Source of the DNA: Paludibacteraceae bacterium
GTDB taxonomy: Bacteria > Bacteroidota > Bacteroidia > Bacteroidales > Paludibacteraceae
DNA: 64,000 nucleotides
Direction of reading: 5' to 3'
Assembly: GCA_024693065.1 (NCBI GenBank)
Contig: JAILLP010000030.1
Location: 56,722-120,721 of the forward strand
Positions within the stretch are counted from its first letter, which is position 1. Every line of letters starts with the position of its first letter. The notes beneath the pieces are model-generated. The model was given only the letters and a program-made list of their open reading frames with translations. It did no database searches and was not told the DNA's origin. The position numbers and the translations under genes were made by a program. This document shows, one piece after another, positions 8,455 to 17,920 of this stretch.

Positions 8455-9891
8455 ATGGCAGAGGATTTGAAAAAAGAGACCACTCGCTCCATTTTGTGGA
8501 ATGCGATTGACAAGGTGGGGTTCCAAGTCGTGGCGTTTGTCGTAGGCTTGGTGACGCTTCGTCTGTTGTCGCCTGGCGATTTCGGACTGATAGGCGCATT
8601 GGCGATATTCACCGCACTCTCCAACATCCTGACGGAGAGCGGATTCACCTCCGCCATGGTGCGGCGCAAGCACAATACGGACGCGGAGTATGTGGCGGTT
8701 CTTTGCTTCAATGTGTTCCTGGGGTTGGCCTTCTACCTCTTGCTGTTCCTTTGTTCGGGATGGATCGCCGAATACTATCGCATGCCGGAACTGGCTTCGT
8801 TGGCTCCCTTTCTCTTCCTTTCCATCGTCTTCAATTCGTTCGGTGTGGTGCAGAGCATTGTGCTGACCCGCAACTTGGCGTTCAAGAAGATGTCCGTCGC
8901 CAGCCTTATCAGTGCGCTTGTCTCGGGCATTGTGACGATCGCGATGATTTTCATGGGCTATGGCTATTGGTCGCTGGCGTGGCAGATCGTGTTGCAGCCT
9001 GCTGTCCGTGTGGCGCTCCTATGGTTTTTCAGCGATTGGTGGCCTAAGTGCAAACCGGACTTCTCCGTGATACGAGAGCTCTTCACGTTCAGTTTTTCCC
9101 TGATTGGTTCGAGTCTGATGAACACTTTTGTGCGGTATATCTATAACCCTATCATCGGACGTTATTTCGGGGACGTGCGTTTGGGCTACTATTCGGAGTC
9201 TTACAAGTTTTATTTCCTGCCGGTCAATATCGTCGCCTCCACCTTTTCGGGTGTGGCCTATCCGGTGCTCTCGAAACTGAACGATGACGAGCCTCGCCAA
9301 CTCAATTATCTGCGCAAGATGATGCGCATGGTGGCGTTCTGCATCTTCCCTATCATGTTGGGGGCCATGGCTTGCTTCGACAATGTGGTGGAGGTGGTGC
9401 TCACGGAGAAATGGATGCCTATTGTCCCGTATTTTCGGGTGCTGGCGATCGCGGGTCTTGTGGCACCGATGCACACCATGTACTTGAACCTTATGGTGCT
9501 GAAGGGTTTCCCGAAGAAGAATTTTCTGTTGGAGGTGATCCGCAATTCCTTGACGTTGTTGTTCCTCTTCCTGTTCCATGATACGATAGAACAAATGTTG
9601 TGGGGCTTTGTGGCTGCCAACCTGTTGTCGTACGTGGTGGATTTGTTCTTTGTGAGAGAGGTGGTGCGCTATCCCATCCGGGAGCAGTTGCGGGACGTGT
9701 TCCCTTACCTGCTCATCTCCTGTTTCATGGCGGGGGCTGTTTTCTTAGTCGATTGCCTGGATTGGAGCGCGATGTCGAAGCTGGTCGTTCAGTTGCTGAT
9801 TGGGGTGGTTGCGTATGTTTTGCCTGCTAAGATATTGGGTTCTAATGTATTGAAGGATGTCATGGCGGTGGTGACTAAGAAGAATTCGTAG
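8455..9891 (+). CDS. Polysaccharide/oligosaccharide flippase (Wzx-like, MOP superfamily)
   Basis: 478 aa and hydrophobic throughout (about 12-14 helices). The N-terminus SILWNAIDKVGFQVVAFVVGLVTLRLLSPGDFGLIG resembles the polysaccharide biosynthesis protein family. Confidence 0.7.
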   Translation: MAEDLKKETTRSILWNAIDKVGFQVVAFVVGLVTLRLLSPGDFGLIGALAIFTALSNILTESGFTSAMVRRKHNTDAEYVAVLCFNVFLGLAFYLLLFLCSGWIAEYYRMPELASLAPFLFLSIVFNSFGVVQSIVLTRNLAFKKMSVASLISALVSGIVTIAMIFMGYGYWSLAWQIVLQPAVRVALLWFFSDWWPKCKPDFSVIRELFTFSFSLIGSSLMNTFVRYIYNPIIGRYFGDVRLGYYSESYKFYFLPVNIVASTFSGVAYPVLSKLNDDEPRQLNYLRKMMRMVAFCIFPIMLGAMACFDNVVEVVLTEKWMPIVPYFRVLAIAGLVAPMHTMYLNLMVLKGFPKKNFLLEVIRNSLTLLFLFLFHDTIEQMLWGFVAANLLSYVVDLFFVREVVRYPIREQLRDVFPYLLISCFMAGAVFLVDCLDWSAMSKLVVQLLIGVVAYVLPAKILGSNVLKDVMAVVTKKNS

Positions 9892-10113
9892 ATTGTAATC
9901 CTTGTTGGTGTTGAAAAATGAAGGGGAAACCTATATGCTGAAAAAACCAAAAGCAAGCCTTAAATGACTTGCTTTTAGAAAACCATAAACCTTACATCTA
10001 TAAAGAATCATGTTTCACAACATTACACCGCAAATATAAAGGTTATTTTTATGATTGAAAACATTTAGGTGTTTTTTTTTGAAAAAAAATGTCGTCGTCT
10101 CTTGAATGACCAT

Positions 10114-10153
10114 TAAAAAATATCCGCAACGCCCATGAATAGACGTTGCGGAT
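10114..10153 (-). terminator. Rho-independent terminator downstream of the legumain-like gene
   Basis: 10-bp perfect stem (ATCCGCAACG 10122-10131 / CGTTGCGGAT 10144-10153), followed on the minus strand by a T-run (the A-run 10115-10120 on the plus strand). Confidence 0.55.
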
Positions 10154-10214
10154 AGGTTAGGTTTCGTTTCGGGAGGAAGACCCGAAACAATAGATCACGT
10201 CTTTCCCTTGCTGC

Positions 10215-11603
10215 TTATCTCAAGATGACTTTCCGGGTTTCGGTCAATTCATTCGTGCTGATGCGCACGAAATAGACTCCGCTTGCCAAACCTTCCAAGT
10301 TGACTTTTTGGTCGTGTCCTATGCCACTTGTGGAGTATACCGTCTTGCCGGTCATGTCGGTGATGAAGATGTTGAAGTCTACATCTTCTTTAGCGAAGGA
10401 GATGTAAAATTCTCCATCGGTCGGGTTAGGGTAGAGAGTGAGATTTGATGTAGTCGGTTCTTCAAATGACTCTTCGTAGAACTCATCCTCACCTACTGTG
10501 AGATGTCTCAATTCTCCTTCGTAAATTCCGCTCTTTTCCTTTTCGCAGTCGATCCTCGCAGTCTTGAATTTCGCGCCTTTCACCACATGGAATCCTTTTT
10601 TCAAACGAATAAATTTGCCGCTGCTATACGTAACTTTAGCGTTGTTTTTGATGATGTTGTTTGCGTTTAGCAAATACATGGCCTCTTTAATCGTATCGGT
10701 GGTGATAGTGTTTGGTACGTCTAGAACGCCCCAATCTTCGTGACGACAGAATCTATATTCTGTGTCAGACGACCAAAAACGAGGAATGTCGTTGTAGCCT
10801 GCAGTCGGGTAGAGTTTTGTGCTTAACGGCGGGGCTGCGTCATCATTGTCTTTCGCAAATACAAATGCTTCCTCATATGAGACAACTCCGTCGTTGTTGT
10901 AGTCGGCTTCCAGATTCCCCGCTGTGACAACGTGGCTGTTGTTCTTGATTCGATACTGTCCAGCTAATGCGCCATAGAATGGGTCAAATAAATCCGAACC
11001 ATTATCTTCGTCTCCATGAGCCGTCTGGTCTCCTGAAGTTGAGGTGATAATTGTTAGGCTTCTGTCGTGGTTTTTCAAATCGTCAATAAAGGAGCCGCTA
11101 TGGCATGCGTGAAGCCACACATTTACCTTGTTGCAAGGGATCTTTGTTTTCAGTAATTGTGCAAGCTTTTGACTCTGGATGCCGTCTTTGAATAAAGAGA
11201 TATTGTCGTTACCTCCATGGTCTACAATGAAAAATATGAATTCATTGTTTGCATTAGTGATTGACCCAATGGCATTGAATGCTTTAGTGATGCCATCTAT
11301 TGTAGAAGGGTAATTAACGTCACGTGAACCATCTCCGTCAAAGTCGTGAAATGTTCCTGAATCTCCACCTCCTGAACATGTTTTTATATGGTTTTTTGGA
11401 ACACCCATGTATCTGGTCAGGAATTGATAAGTTTTTGCTCCATCCCATAGATGCCTTCCTTCTTCACTTCCTCCGACAACGACTATAGCGTATATGTTGG
11501 ACGCTGTTTTCCCCGATTTTTTAAACATGTCAGGGAATTCTGATGCCCAGGAGAGAAGCGAGGTGGATAGCAAAAATAATGAAATAAATAATTTTATTCT
11601 CAT
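10215..11603 (-). CDS. Clan CD (legumain/C13-like) cysteine peptidase with a type A T9SS C-terminal sorting domain
   Basis: Signal peptide. His-Gly (FIVDHGGN) and Ala-Cys (WLHACHSGSF) dyads are spaced as in legumain/caspase-fold peptidases. EF-hand/dockerin-like DYNNDGVVSYEEA. C-terminal LYPNPTDGEFYISF...GVYFVRIST...KVILR is a classical T9SS CTD. Confidence 0.6.
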   Translation of the reverse strand: MRIKLFISLFLLSTSLLSWASEFPDMFKKSGKTASNIYAIVVVGGSEEGRHLWDGAKTYQFLTRYMGVPKNHIKTCSGGGDSGTFHDFDGDGSRDVNYPSTIDGITKAFNAIGSITNANNEFIFFIVDHGGNDNISLFKDGIQSQKLAQLLKTKIPCNKVNVWLHACHSGSFIDDLKNHDRSLTIITSTSGDQTAHGDEDNGSDLFDPFYGALAGQYRIKNNSHVVTAGNLEADYNNDGVVSYEEAFVFAKDNDDAAPPLSTKLYPTAGYNDIPRFWSSDTEYRFCRHEDWGVLDVPNTITTDTIKEAMYLLNANNIIKNNAKVTYSSGKFIRLKKGFHVVKGAKFKTARIDCEKEKSGIYEGELRHLTVGEDEFYEESFEEPTTSNLTLYPNPTDGEFYISFAKEDVDFNIFITDMTGKTVYSTSGIGHDQKVNLEGLASGVYFVRISTNELTETRKVILR

Positions 11604-11615
11604 GGTTATTTTTGA

Positions 11616-12497
11616 TTATTTTTTCAACATTTCAACTTCAGCCTTCAATGCTTTGTTCTCTTTCTCTAACTCGATCATGTGGAGGGTGAGTTCCTCAACC
11701 TTCTCGAGCAGCAAGTTGCTCATTTGTGATACGCTCATGCCGTTCTCTGAAATCTCTGCAGCGGATGGTACGCCTGGCAAGTGTTTGTTCTCCTTCACGT
11801 AGCTCTCCACCTCGCTGAGCGGACGCAAGTTGTAGTTCTCTTCGAATACATAGTCGGCTGCGTTGTTCAACTCCACGTTGATGTCCTGCGCCTTGATTTG
11901 ATTAGCCTTCAACACCTCAGCCACCTCGATTTCATTGTGACAGGTGATCTTGCCAGTCACGTCAAGGTTTGCGAGCATGTTAACGTTGTTCTTTTTCATC
12001 GTCATTATTTTGGCGTTGCCATCTGTGATAAAAGAGAAGTTCATCGCAGAGAGAGACAAGTCTGCATAATTGTTTTTGCCTGATGAGGAGATGCTCATTC
12101 CCTCTGTGACGCGGTTATCCTTCGAAATGAGGAGGTTGACTTTATTCGCTTCATCTGTCGCATACACTCTCAACCATTTATTGAACCTATTGTCTGTTCC
12201 TTTACAGATGAGGCTCCCGTTCATTGTGGTGGTGCCAGAAACCGTTAAACTACTGTTCACTTTTGCAGTTGAATTAACGGTTAACGCTCCGTTTAGGTAG
12301 GTCGCTCCCTTTACGTACAATTTGTAATTCGCAGTGCTTGAGGTTGGCGTGATTCCGATAGCCACGTTACTTGCACTTCCTGTTGCCGGACCATTGTACA
12401 ATCCATAATTACTCGTACTCCACCAACATTGTGCGTTCGCTGCGCATACTGACATTGCAACTCCCATGGTTGCCACAAGGATTTTTTTCAATTCCAT
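11616..12497 (-). CDS. Secreted beta-helix / tail-fibre-like surface protein with a conserved C-terminal domain and coiled coil
   Basis: Signal peptide, then Ser/Thr/Asn-rich beta-strand repeats. The C-terminal ADYVFEENYNLRPLSEVESYVKENKHLPGVPSAAEISENGMSVSQMSNLLLEKVEELTLHMIELEKENKALK is a segment I recall from many Bacteroidota tail-fibre-domain proteins. Lies 12 nt upstream of the peptidase gene. Confidence 0.5.
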   Translation of the reverse strand: MELKKILVATMGVAMSVCAANAQCWWSTSNYGLYNGPATGSASNVAIGITPTSSTANYKLYVKGATYLNGALTVNSTAKVNSSLTVSGTTTMNGSLICKGTDNRFNKWLRVYATDEANKVNLLISKDNRVTEGMSISSSGKNNYADLSLSAMNFSFITDGNAKIMTMKKNNVNMLANLDVTGKITCHNEIEVAEVLKANQIKAQDINVELNNAADYVFEENYNLRPLSEVESYVKENKHLPGVPSAAEISENGMSVSQMSNLLLEKVEELTLHMIELEKENKALKAEVEMLKK

Positions 12498-12625
12498 TTT
12501 TTCTTTAGTTTAAAATGTTAATAAAATAAATTTTTAAGGTGGGGCCAGTTCATCGTTGTTCTGCTCATTTGATAGATATACTGATAGTGCCTGATACCCC
12601 TTTTGCAATCGGCCTTTTGCGTTAT

Positions 12626-12633
12626 CAAAGTTA
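12626..12633 (-). promoter_or_regulatory. Candidate -7 box (TAACTTTG) for the tail-fibre-like/peptidase operon
   Basis: The minus strand reads TAACTTTG, about 130 nt upstream of the ATG at 12497. The same octamer precedes valS and pgk. Confidence 0.35.
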
Positions 12634-12975
12634 GTTTTAATGAATGATTCGTGTTGTGGCGAAAATCTACAATTTTGTAATTTTTGTCACTTTTCTGTTC
12701 CCCACTTTTCTTATTATTGCAATATTTCTTGCTTGCCGTTGTGATTGTTTTTGATGTGTATGTGCTTGTTTTGTAAAATCTTAATGGCTATTTGTGCGAA
12801 GAATACGGATTGTCAAAAATATTGTGTTTGTGGTTTTGTGCGACCTGTTTGAAAATGCAAAAACTGTGCCACTTCGAAGCAACGCTCTGCATTCCACATC
12901 TTTTCTTGACGATTATTAAGATTATGGATGGTGCGGATATCCCTTCCCTTTTTTCGGTGTTTTGGCGTTTGAATT

Positions 12976-14787
12976 TTATTGGGCGATGATGCTCATTTCG
13001 CAGTTGAGGCAGTCGAACGAGAGGCGATACTCCTTCCCGTTGTTGGCGATGAGGGTTAATGGCTCTTGGATCTCGTTCGCCGCTTTGTCTTGCTTTTTGC
13101 AGTAGCCTAATGTGTGGCGCAGGCAGTGCTTGCAGATCATGACGGGTACGTGCTGGGGTGGACGGCTCTCGAAGGATGGTGCGATTTTCTCCACTCCGTG
13201 TTGTTGGTAGAAGCGTCTTGCCGATTCGTTGTGCACGTTTCCTGTGTAGTCCAACTCTTTCAGCGGAAAGTCATGCGTGGTCTGCGGGAAGATTAGGCGG
13301 GACTTTTCTCTCTTTGCTTCCCTCTCTGTTTCTAACTGTTGCAGCAGTTCTCTCCTCCATTGGGTGATTTTTCCTGCGGGTATGAAATAGATGCCGCAGT
13401 TGAGCTCCACGTTTGTGACGTGGAAGATGGTGTTGCCGCTCTTCGTGAAGATGTTGCGCAGGTTGTCCCTTTGCCGCTCCTCGTTTTCGCAGGGGGTCTT
13501 TCCCTCATGGAGGGGCAGGGTGGCGGATATGCCGTCCTCGTCTGTGGCGGTGGCTTCGAAGCCTTCCTCTGTCTCTGTGAGGGTGATCTGCACGTCGATC
13601 TTCCTCTCGGCTGACTCTTTGGAGAGGAGTCGCTCAAAGGCTTGGTCGAAGTTGCGGAAGAGCGTGGTGCGTGGCGGCAGGGTAATCTTTTCCGCCGGTA
13701 CGATGACATCTCCATGGACGGTGTTGGCCCTGAACCCGTGGAACTCTCCGTTGTGGTCGATGAAACAGAATCCGTCTCCGTTGGATAGTGCCTTGTCCGT
13801 GCGGACGATGATCTCACCCTTCTGTGAATAGGCGGTTCCGATCTTCTCGCCGATGGATTTTGGGGTGTCGGGTTGGATGATGTCCCGCTGCCTGCCGTGC
13901 AGGAAATAGTTGGTCGAGCCTCTGTGGAAACTCTTGTCCGTGTTGGGTGTGAAGGTGTAGGTGCAGTGGCCTGAGCTGGCGGGTGCGTACTCCTTCCCCT
14001 CTAATATCTTGTCTAAGGCTTGGCGGTAGTAGGCTGTCACGTTCTTCACGTAAGGAATATCTTTCAGCCTACCCTCTATTTTCAGGGAGCTGATGCCTGC
14101 GTCCAGTAGTTCCTTCAGATGATTGGATAGGTTGAGGTCCTTCAGTGAGAGCAGGTGCTTCTCTTTGGCGAGGATGCGTCCGGAGGCGTCTGCCAGCGTG
14201 TAGGGTAGTCGGCAGAACTGTGCGCAATTGCCACGGTTGGCGCTTCGTCCGCACCCGTTCTGGCTCATGTAGCAGACACCGCTGTAGCTCACGCAGAGGG
14301 CTCCATGGATGAATGCCTCCAGTTTGACGTCTGTGCTTTGGCTGATCTGCCGAATCTGTTCGATGGATAGTTCCCTTGCCAAAACCACTTGCTCGAAGCC
14401 TGCCTCTGCCAGGAACTTCACCTTTTCAGGGGTGCGGTTGTCCATTTGGGTGCTGGCGTGGAGTGGAATAGGGGGCAGGTCCAATTGGGTGATGCCCATG
14501 TCTTGTACGATGAGGGCGTCTGTTCCGGCCTCGTATAATTGGTGGATGAGGTGTCCTGCCTGTTCCAACTCTTGGTCGGTGAGGATGGTGTTGAGCGCCA
14601 CGTAGACTTTCGCGTAGTACTGATGGGCGAACCGTGCGAGGCGTTCAATCTCCTCTATGCTGTTGCTGGCCGCTGCCCTTGCGCTAAACTGAGGTGCACC
14701 GATGTAGACAGCGTCCGCACCGTGTTTCACGGCCTCGATGCCATGGTCCGCCGTCCGTGCGGGTGCGAGCAGTTCGATCTTGCGCAT
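12976..14787 (-). CDS. Peptidase U32 family protein (PrtC/TrhP-like)
   Basis: 603 aa. N-terminal ELLAPA...AVKHGADAVYIG and the Cys-rich EAFIHGALCVSYSGVCYMSQ motif typical of the U32 family. Confidence 0.85.
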   Translation of the reverse strand: MRKIELLAPARTADHGIEAVKHGADAVYIGAPQFSARAAASNSIEEIERLARFAHQYYAKVYVALNTILTDQELEQAGHLIHQLYEAGTDALIVQDMGITQLDLPPIPLHASTQMDNRTPEKVKFLAEAGFEQVVLARELSIEQIRQISQSTDVKLEAFIHGALCVSYSGVCYMSQNGCGRSANRGNCAQFCRLPYTLADASGRILAKEKHLLSLKDLNLSNHLKELLDAGISSLKIEGRLKDIPYVKNVTAYYRQALDKILEGKEYAPASSGHCTYTFTPNTDKSFHRGSTNYFLHGRQRDIIQPDTPKSIGEKIGTAYSQKGEIIVRTDKALSNGDGFCFIDHNGEFHGFRANTVHGDVIVPAEKITLPPRTTLFRNFDQAFERLLSKESAERKIDVQITLTETEEGFEATATDEDGISATLPLHEGKTPCENEERQRDNLRNIFTKSGNTIFHVTNVELNCGIYFIPAGKITQWRRELLQQLETEREAKREKSRLIFPQTTHDFPLKELDYTGNVHNESARRFYQQHGVEKIAPSFESRPPQHVPVMICKHCLRHTLGYCKKQDKAANEIQEPLTLIANNGKEYRLSFDCLNCEMSIIAQ

Positions 14788-15704
14788 TACCGTATACGAC
14801 TGATGTTGTAGGGCGTTTTTTGGTAGACGAAGTAGTTCAACCAGTTGGTGAACAGGAGGTTGCCGTGGCTTCTCCAGCGCACGATCGGTTTCTTGTTAGG
14901 GTCGTCGTCCTCGAAATAGTTGCAAGGAATCTCAATTTCCAATCCCTTCTCCTTGTCCCTGAAATACTCGTCGCGTAGGGTGTTGGGCGCATATTCCGAG
15001 TGCCCGGTGACGAAGAACTCACGTCCGTTTCTGCCTTGCACGATGTAGACGCCCGCCTCGTCGGACTCCGACAAGATCTTCAGTCCAGGGATCTTCTCGA
15101 TGTCGGCTCTCCTTATTTCGGAGTGGCGGCTGTGAGGCGCATAGAACAGATCGTCGAACCCTCTGAATATAGGGTTCTTCGCATCTAGGATCTTATGCTT
15201 GAAGATACCGAATTTTTTCTTGTCCAAAGGATATTTAGGAATGTTATAGTAGTGATATAGTCCAGCCTGCGCCGCCCAACAGATGAAGAGGGTGGAGGTG
15301 ACGTGGGTTTTGGCCCAGTCGAATATCTCTACGATTTCGTCCCAATAGGTAACCTCTTCGAAGTCGAGGTTCTCCACGGGTGCTCCCGTGATGATCATAC
15401 CGTCATACCGTTGCTTTTTGATCGTCTCGAAGTCCTTGTAGAAAGTCAGCATGTGTTCCACAGGCGTGTTCTTGGAGGTGTGGCTCTTGACCTTCAACAG
15501 ATCCAGCTCGATTTGTAGCGGCGTGTTGGAAAGCAAGCGGATGAGGTCGGTCTCCGTAGTGATCTTCAGGGGCATGAGGTTGAGAACGATGATCTTCAGT
15601 GGACGTATGTCTTGTGTGGATGCGGATTCCGAATCCTTCACGAAGATGTTCTCTCGCTTCAATGCCTCGACGGCTGGTAAATTTGATGGTATGTTTAATG
15701 GCAT
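14787..15704 (-). CDS. metA: Homoserine O-acyltransferase (MetA)
   Basis: 305 aa. [17 protein letters not shown]...[12 protein letters not shown]...[12 protein letters not shown] is the MetA signature including the active-site Cys. Its stop overlaps the U32 ATG (TAATG). Confidence 0.9.
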   Translation of the reverse strand: MPLNIPSNLPAVEALKRENIFVKDSESASTQDIRPLKIIVLNLMPLKITTETDLIRLLSNTPLQIELDLLKVKSHTSKNTPVEHMLTFYKDFETIKKQRYDGMIITGAPVENLDFEEVTYWDEIVEIFDWAKTHVTSTLFICWAAQAGLYHYYNIPKYPLDKKKFGIFKHKILDAKNPIFRGFDDLFYAPHSRHSEIRRADIEKIPGLKILSESDEAGVYIVQGRNGREFFVTGHSEYAPNTLRDEYFRDKEKGLEIEIPCNYFEDDDPNKKPIVRWRSHGNLLFTNWLNYFVYQKTPYNISRIR

Positions 15705-15730
15705 ATTTCCCTCCTCTTCCCTTTTTTCTG

Positions 15731-15738
15731 CAAAGATA
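15731..15738 (-). promoter_or_regulatory. Candidate -7 box (TATCTTTG) for metA
   Basis: The minus strand reads TATCTTTG, about 27 nt upstream of the metA ATG (15704). Confidence 0.45.
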
Positions 15739-15815
15739 CATATTATTTGGCTTGTATAGTACGTTTGTTATCTGTAATCAGTCGTCCGTGTGTTTGATTT
15801 AACAAAAATAAAGGA

Positions 15816-15823
15816 TATCTTTG
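15816..15823 (+). promoter_or_regulatory. Candidate -7 box (TATCTTTG) for the lipoprotein/radical-SAM operon
   Basis: TATCTTTG lies 24 nt upstream of the ATG at 15847. The same octamer precedes metA and the giant gene. Confidence 0.45.
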
Positions 15824-15846
15824 CCCAGAAAAATTAATGGTATATT

Positions 15847-16302
15847 ATGAAAAAAGATTTACTAAAACTGTTGAATATGCTATTGGCTTCCGTATTGTCA
15901 ATAATGGGTTTCCCTTCTTGTGGGGATAAGGAGTCAACCGATGAAAACGGAGTAGAATATGGTACACCGACCGCAGAGTTCGTTTTTCGGGGAACGGTGA
16001 CGGACTTGGAAGGGAATGCGTTGCCGAACGTGAAGGTTTCCCATGTATACGAACACACTTATGGGGACTATGTCGCTAGACATGAGGATTCTCTGACATC
16101 AACAGATAGGGAAGGCAATTACAATGCGATGTGTCGACACGTGTATTGGAAGGATGGCGAACGGTTGGTGTTTTCCACTGAGGATGGCGCATATGTCGAT
16201 ACCCTCATGAACTATTCAGACTTAGCTCCTCTAAAGGGTGGCAATGGTAAATGGTTCGTTGGACGTTCGGAAAATACGTTGGATATCAAGATGAACAAGT
16301 GA
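15847..16302 (+). CDS. Small lipoprotein, radical-SAM-associated (paralogue 1)
   Basis: Signal peptide plus lipobox (IMGFPSC). Shares EYGxPxAxFxFxGxVTDxEGNAL..VK and GAYxDTLxN...LxPLKGGxGxW...NTLDI with the next ORF. Resembles the family NCBI names radical SAM-associated putative lipoprotein (from memory). Confidence 0.7.
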   Translation: MKKDLLKLLNMLLASVLSIMGFPSCGDKESTDENGVEYGTPTAEFVFRGTVTDLEGNALPNVKVSHVYEHTYGDYVARHEDSLTSTDREGNYNAMCRHVYWKDGERLVFSTEDGAYVDTLMNYSDLAPLKGGNGKWFVGRSENTLDIKMNK

Positions 16303-16330
16303 TTGGGTACATGATTGGTTAATTTTCAAT

Positions 16331-16819
16331 ATGATGAAAAATACATTTAGACTATTGAATAAAATCCTAGCGTTCTTTTTGACGCTGTTGGGTGTTCAAG
16401 CCTGTGATCCAGGAGCAGACGAGTATGGTTGTCCTTCTGCGGACTACATCTTTCACGGGAAGGTGACGGATGAAGAGGGAAATGCTCTGTCTGGTGTGAA
16501 AATATACGCACTGAAAAATTATGAAGGATACAAGAGCCTCTCAGATGAGATGGAGGAATACAACGGAACCCATAGAGACAACATCTATAAGGATTTCCTT
16601 GACTCCCTGTCCGAGACCAGAGCGGATGGTTCCTACTCCATATTGCTGCAGTATGAATGCGGATGGTACCATATGGATGGATTACACTTTTCCGACAAAA
16701 ATGGAGCATATGCCGACACCCTTTTGAATGACATTAAACTTGAGCCTTTAAAAGGAGGAAAGGGTTGGAAGCAGGGCGTTTCGGACAATACGTTGGACAT
16801 CACTTTGAAGAAAAAGTAA
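16331..16819 (+). CDS. Small lipoprotein, radical-SAM-associated (paralogue 2)
   Basis: Lipobox LLGVQAC. Paralogous to 15847-16302 (shared motifs listed there). Its stop lies 6 nt before the radical SAM ATG. Confidence 0.7.
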   Translation: MMKNTFRLLNKILAFFLTLLGVQACDPGADEYGCPSADYIFHGKVTDEEGNALSGVKIYALKNYEGYKSLSDEMEEYNGTHRDNIYKDFLDSLSETRADGSYSILLQYECGWYHMDGLHFSDKNGAYADTLLNDIKLEPLKGGKGWKQGVSDNTLDITLKKK

Positions 16820-16825
16820 TTGGGC

Positions 16826-17920
16826 ATGGAACGTCCTGACAAATTGTCTATAAAGAAACGGCTGGCGCTCCGATTGTATGATAGCTACAGACACAATGCC
16901 GCAAAGATTCACGAGCTAACGTATCTCTTTTGGGAGGCTACCTTGCGTTGCCCGTTGAACTGCCAGCATTGCGGAAGCGATTGCAGGCAAGAGTCCAACG
17001 TGAAGGATATGCCTGTTCAGGATTTTCTGAAGGCGGTGCGGCAAATCGTTCCGATTGTGAACCCTCACCGCACGATGGTGGTCTTCACGGGCGGAGAAGT
17101 GCTTGTCCGTCACGATCTAGAGGAGGCGGGACGTGCCTTGTATGAGATGGAGTTCCCTTGGGGCATCGTCACGAATGGTTACCTGCTGACGCCCAAACGG
17201 TTACAATCTTTGCTCAATGCGGGTATGCGGGCGTGTACGGTCAGTTTGGATGGCCTGGAAGCGTCGCATAACTGGTTGCGGCAGAACCCGGACTCGTTCC
17301 GACGGGCGGTTGAGGCGATTCGTCTCCTGCCGAATACGAACCTGCGTCATGACGTGGTTACCTGTGTCAACAATAGGAATTTTGACGAATTGCCGCAGAT
17401 TAAGCAACTCCTGATCGACTGTGGCATCAAGGAGTGGCGCATCTTTACCATATTCCCTGTCGGTAGGGCGGCTGACAACCCGGACTTGCAACTGCCAGAC
17501 GATAAGTTCAAGGCGGTTTTCGACTTTATTGAGGCGACCCGCAAGGAGGGGAAAATCAAGGCTAGTTATGGTTGCGAAGGCTTCTTGGGTGATTACGAGA
17601 CGAAGGTGCGGGATAATTTCTTCTTCTGCAGGGCGGGTATCAATGTAGCCTCCATCCTGGTGGACGGAAGCATATCCGCATGCCCTGATCTGCGGGGAAG
17701 GTTTATTCAGGGCAATATATACAAGGACGATTTCGCCGACGTCTGGCAAAACCGCTACCAAATCATGCGGGATAGGTCTTGGACCAAGGTGGGGATCTGC
17801 AAGGATTGTGAATTCTTCAACCATTGCGAGGGAAATGGATTGCACCTCCGGGACGAGGAGAAAAACGAGCTCTCTTTCTGCCACCTGAAACGTATCATTG
17901 GGGGCGTCGCTGGGAGGTAA
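16826..17920 (+). CDS. Radical SAM enzyme with C-terminal SPASM domain
   Basis: CPLNCQHCG (CX3CX2C) near the N-terminus. C-terminal Cys cluster (CPDL...CKDCEFFNHCEGNG) typical of the SPASM auxiliary 4Fe-4S domain. I use the ATG at 16826 rather than the tracked TTG at 16820. Confidence 0.85.
   Translation: MERPDKLSIKKRLALRLYDSYRHNAAKIHELTYLFWEATLRCPLNCQHCGSDCRQESNVKDMPVQDFLKAVRQIVPIVNPHRTMVVFTGGEVLVRHDLEEAGRALYEMEFPWGIVTNGYLLTPKRLQSLLNAGMRACTVSLDGLEASHNWLRQNPDSFRRAVEAIRLLPNTNLRHDVVTCVNNRNFDELPQIKQLLIDCGIKEWRIFTIFPVGRAADNPDLQLPDDKFKAVFDFIEATRKEGKIKASYGCEGFLGDYETKVRDNFFFCRAGINVASILVDGSISACPDLRGRFIQGNIYKDDFADVWQNRYQIMRDRSWTKVGICKDCEFFNHCEGNGLHLRDEEKNELSFCHLKRIIGGVAGR

Noticed and set aside
10072-10089. 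T9-G-A8 homopolymer palindrome as a slipped-strand phase-variation switch.
   Set aside because: It lies between the convergent 3' ends of the flippase and peptidase genes, not in a promoter spacer or coding region. It is more likely part of the terminator-rich AT tract.
12792-12989. Small intergenic ORFs 12792-12989 (65 aa) and 25214-25411 (65 aa).
   Set aside because: They are AT-rich with odd composition and have no promoter box or family resemblance. One overlaps the U32 3' end and the other overlaps the 5' end of the type B CTD gene. They are treated as noise.
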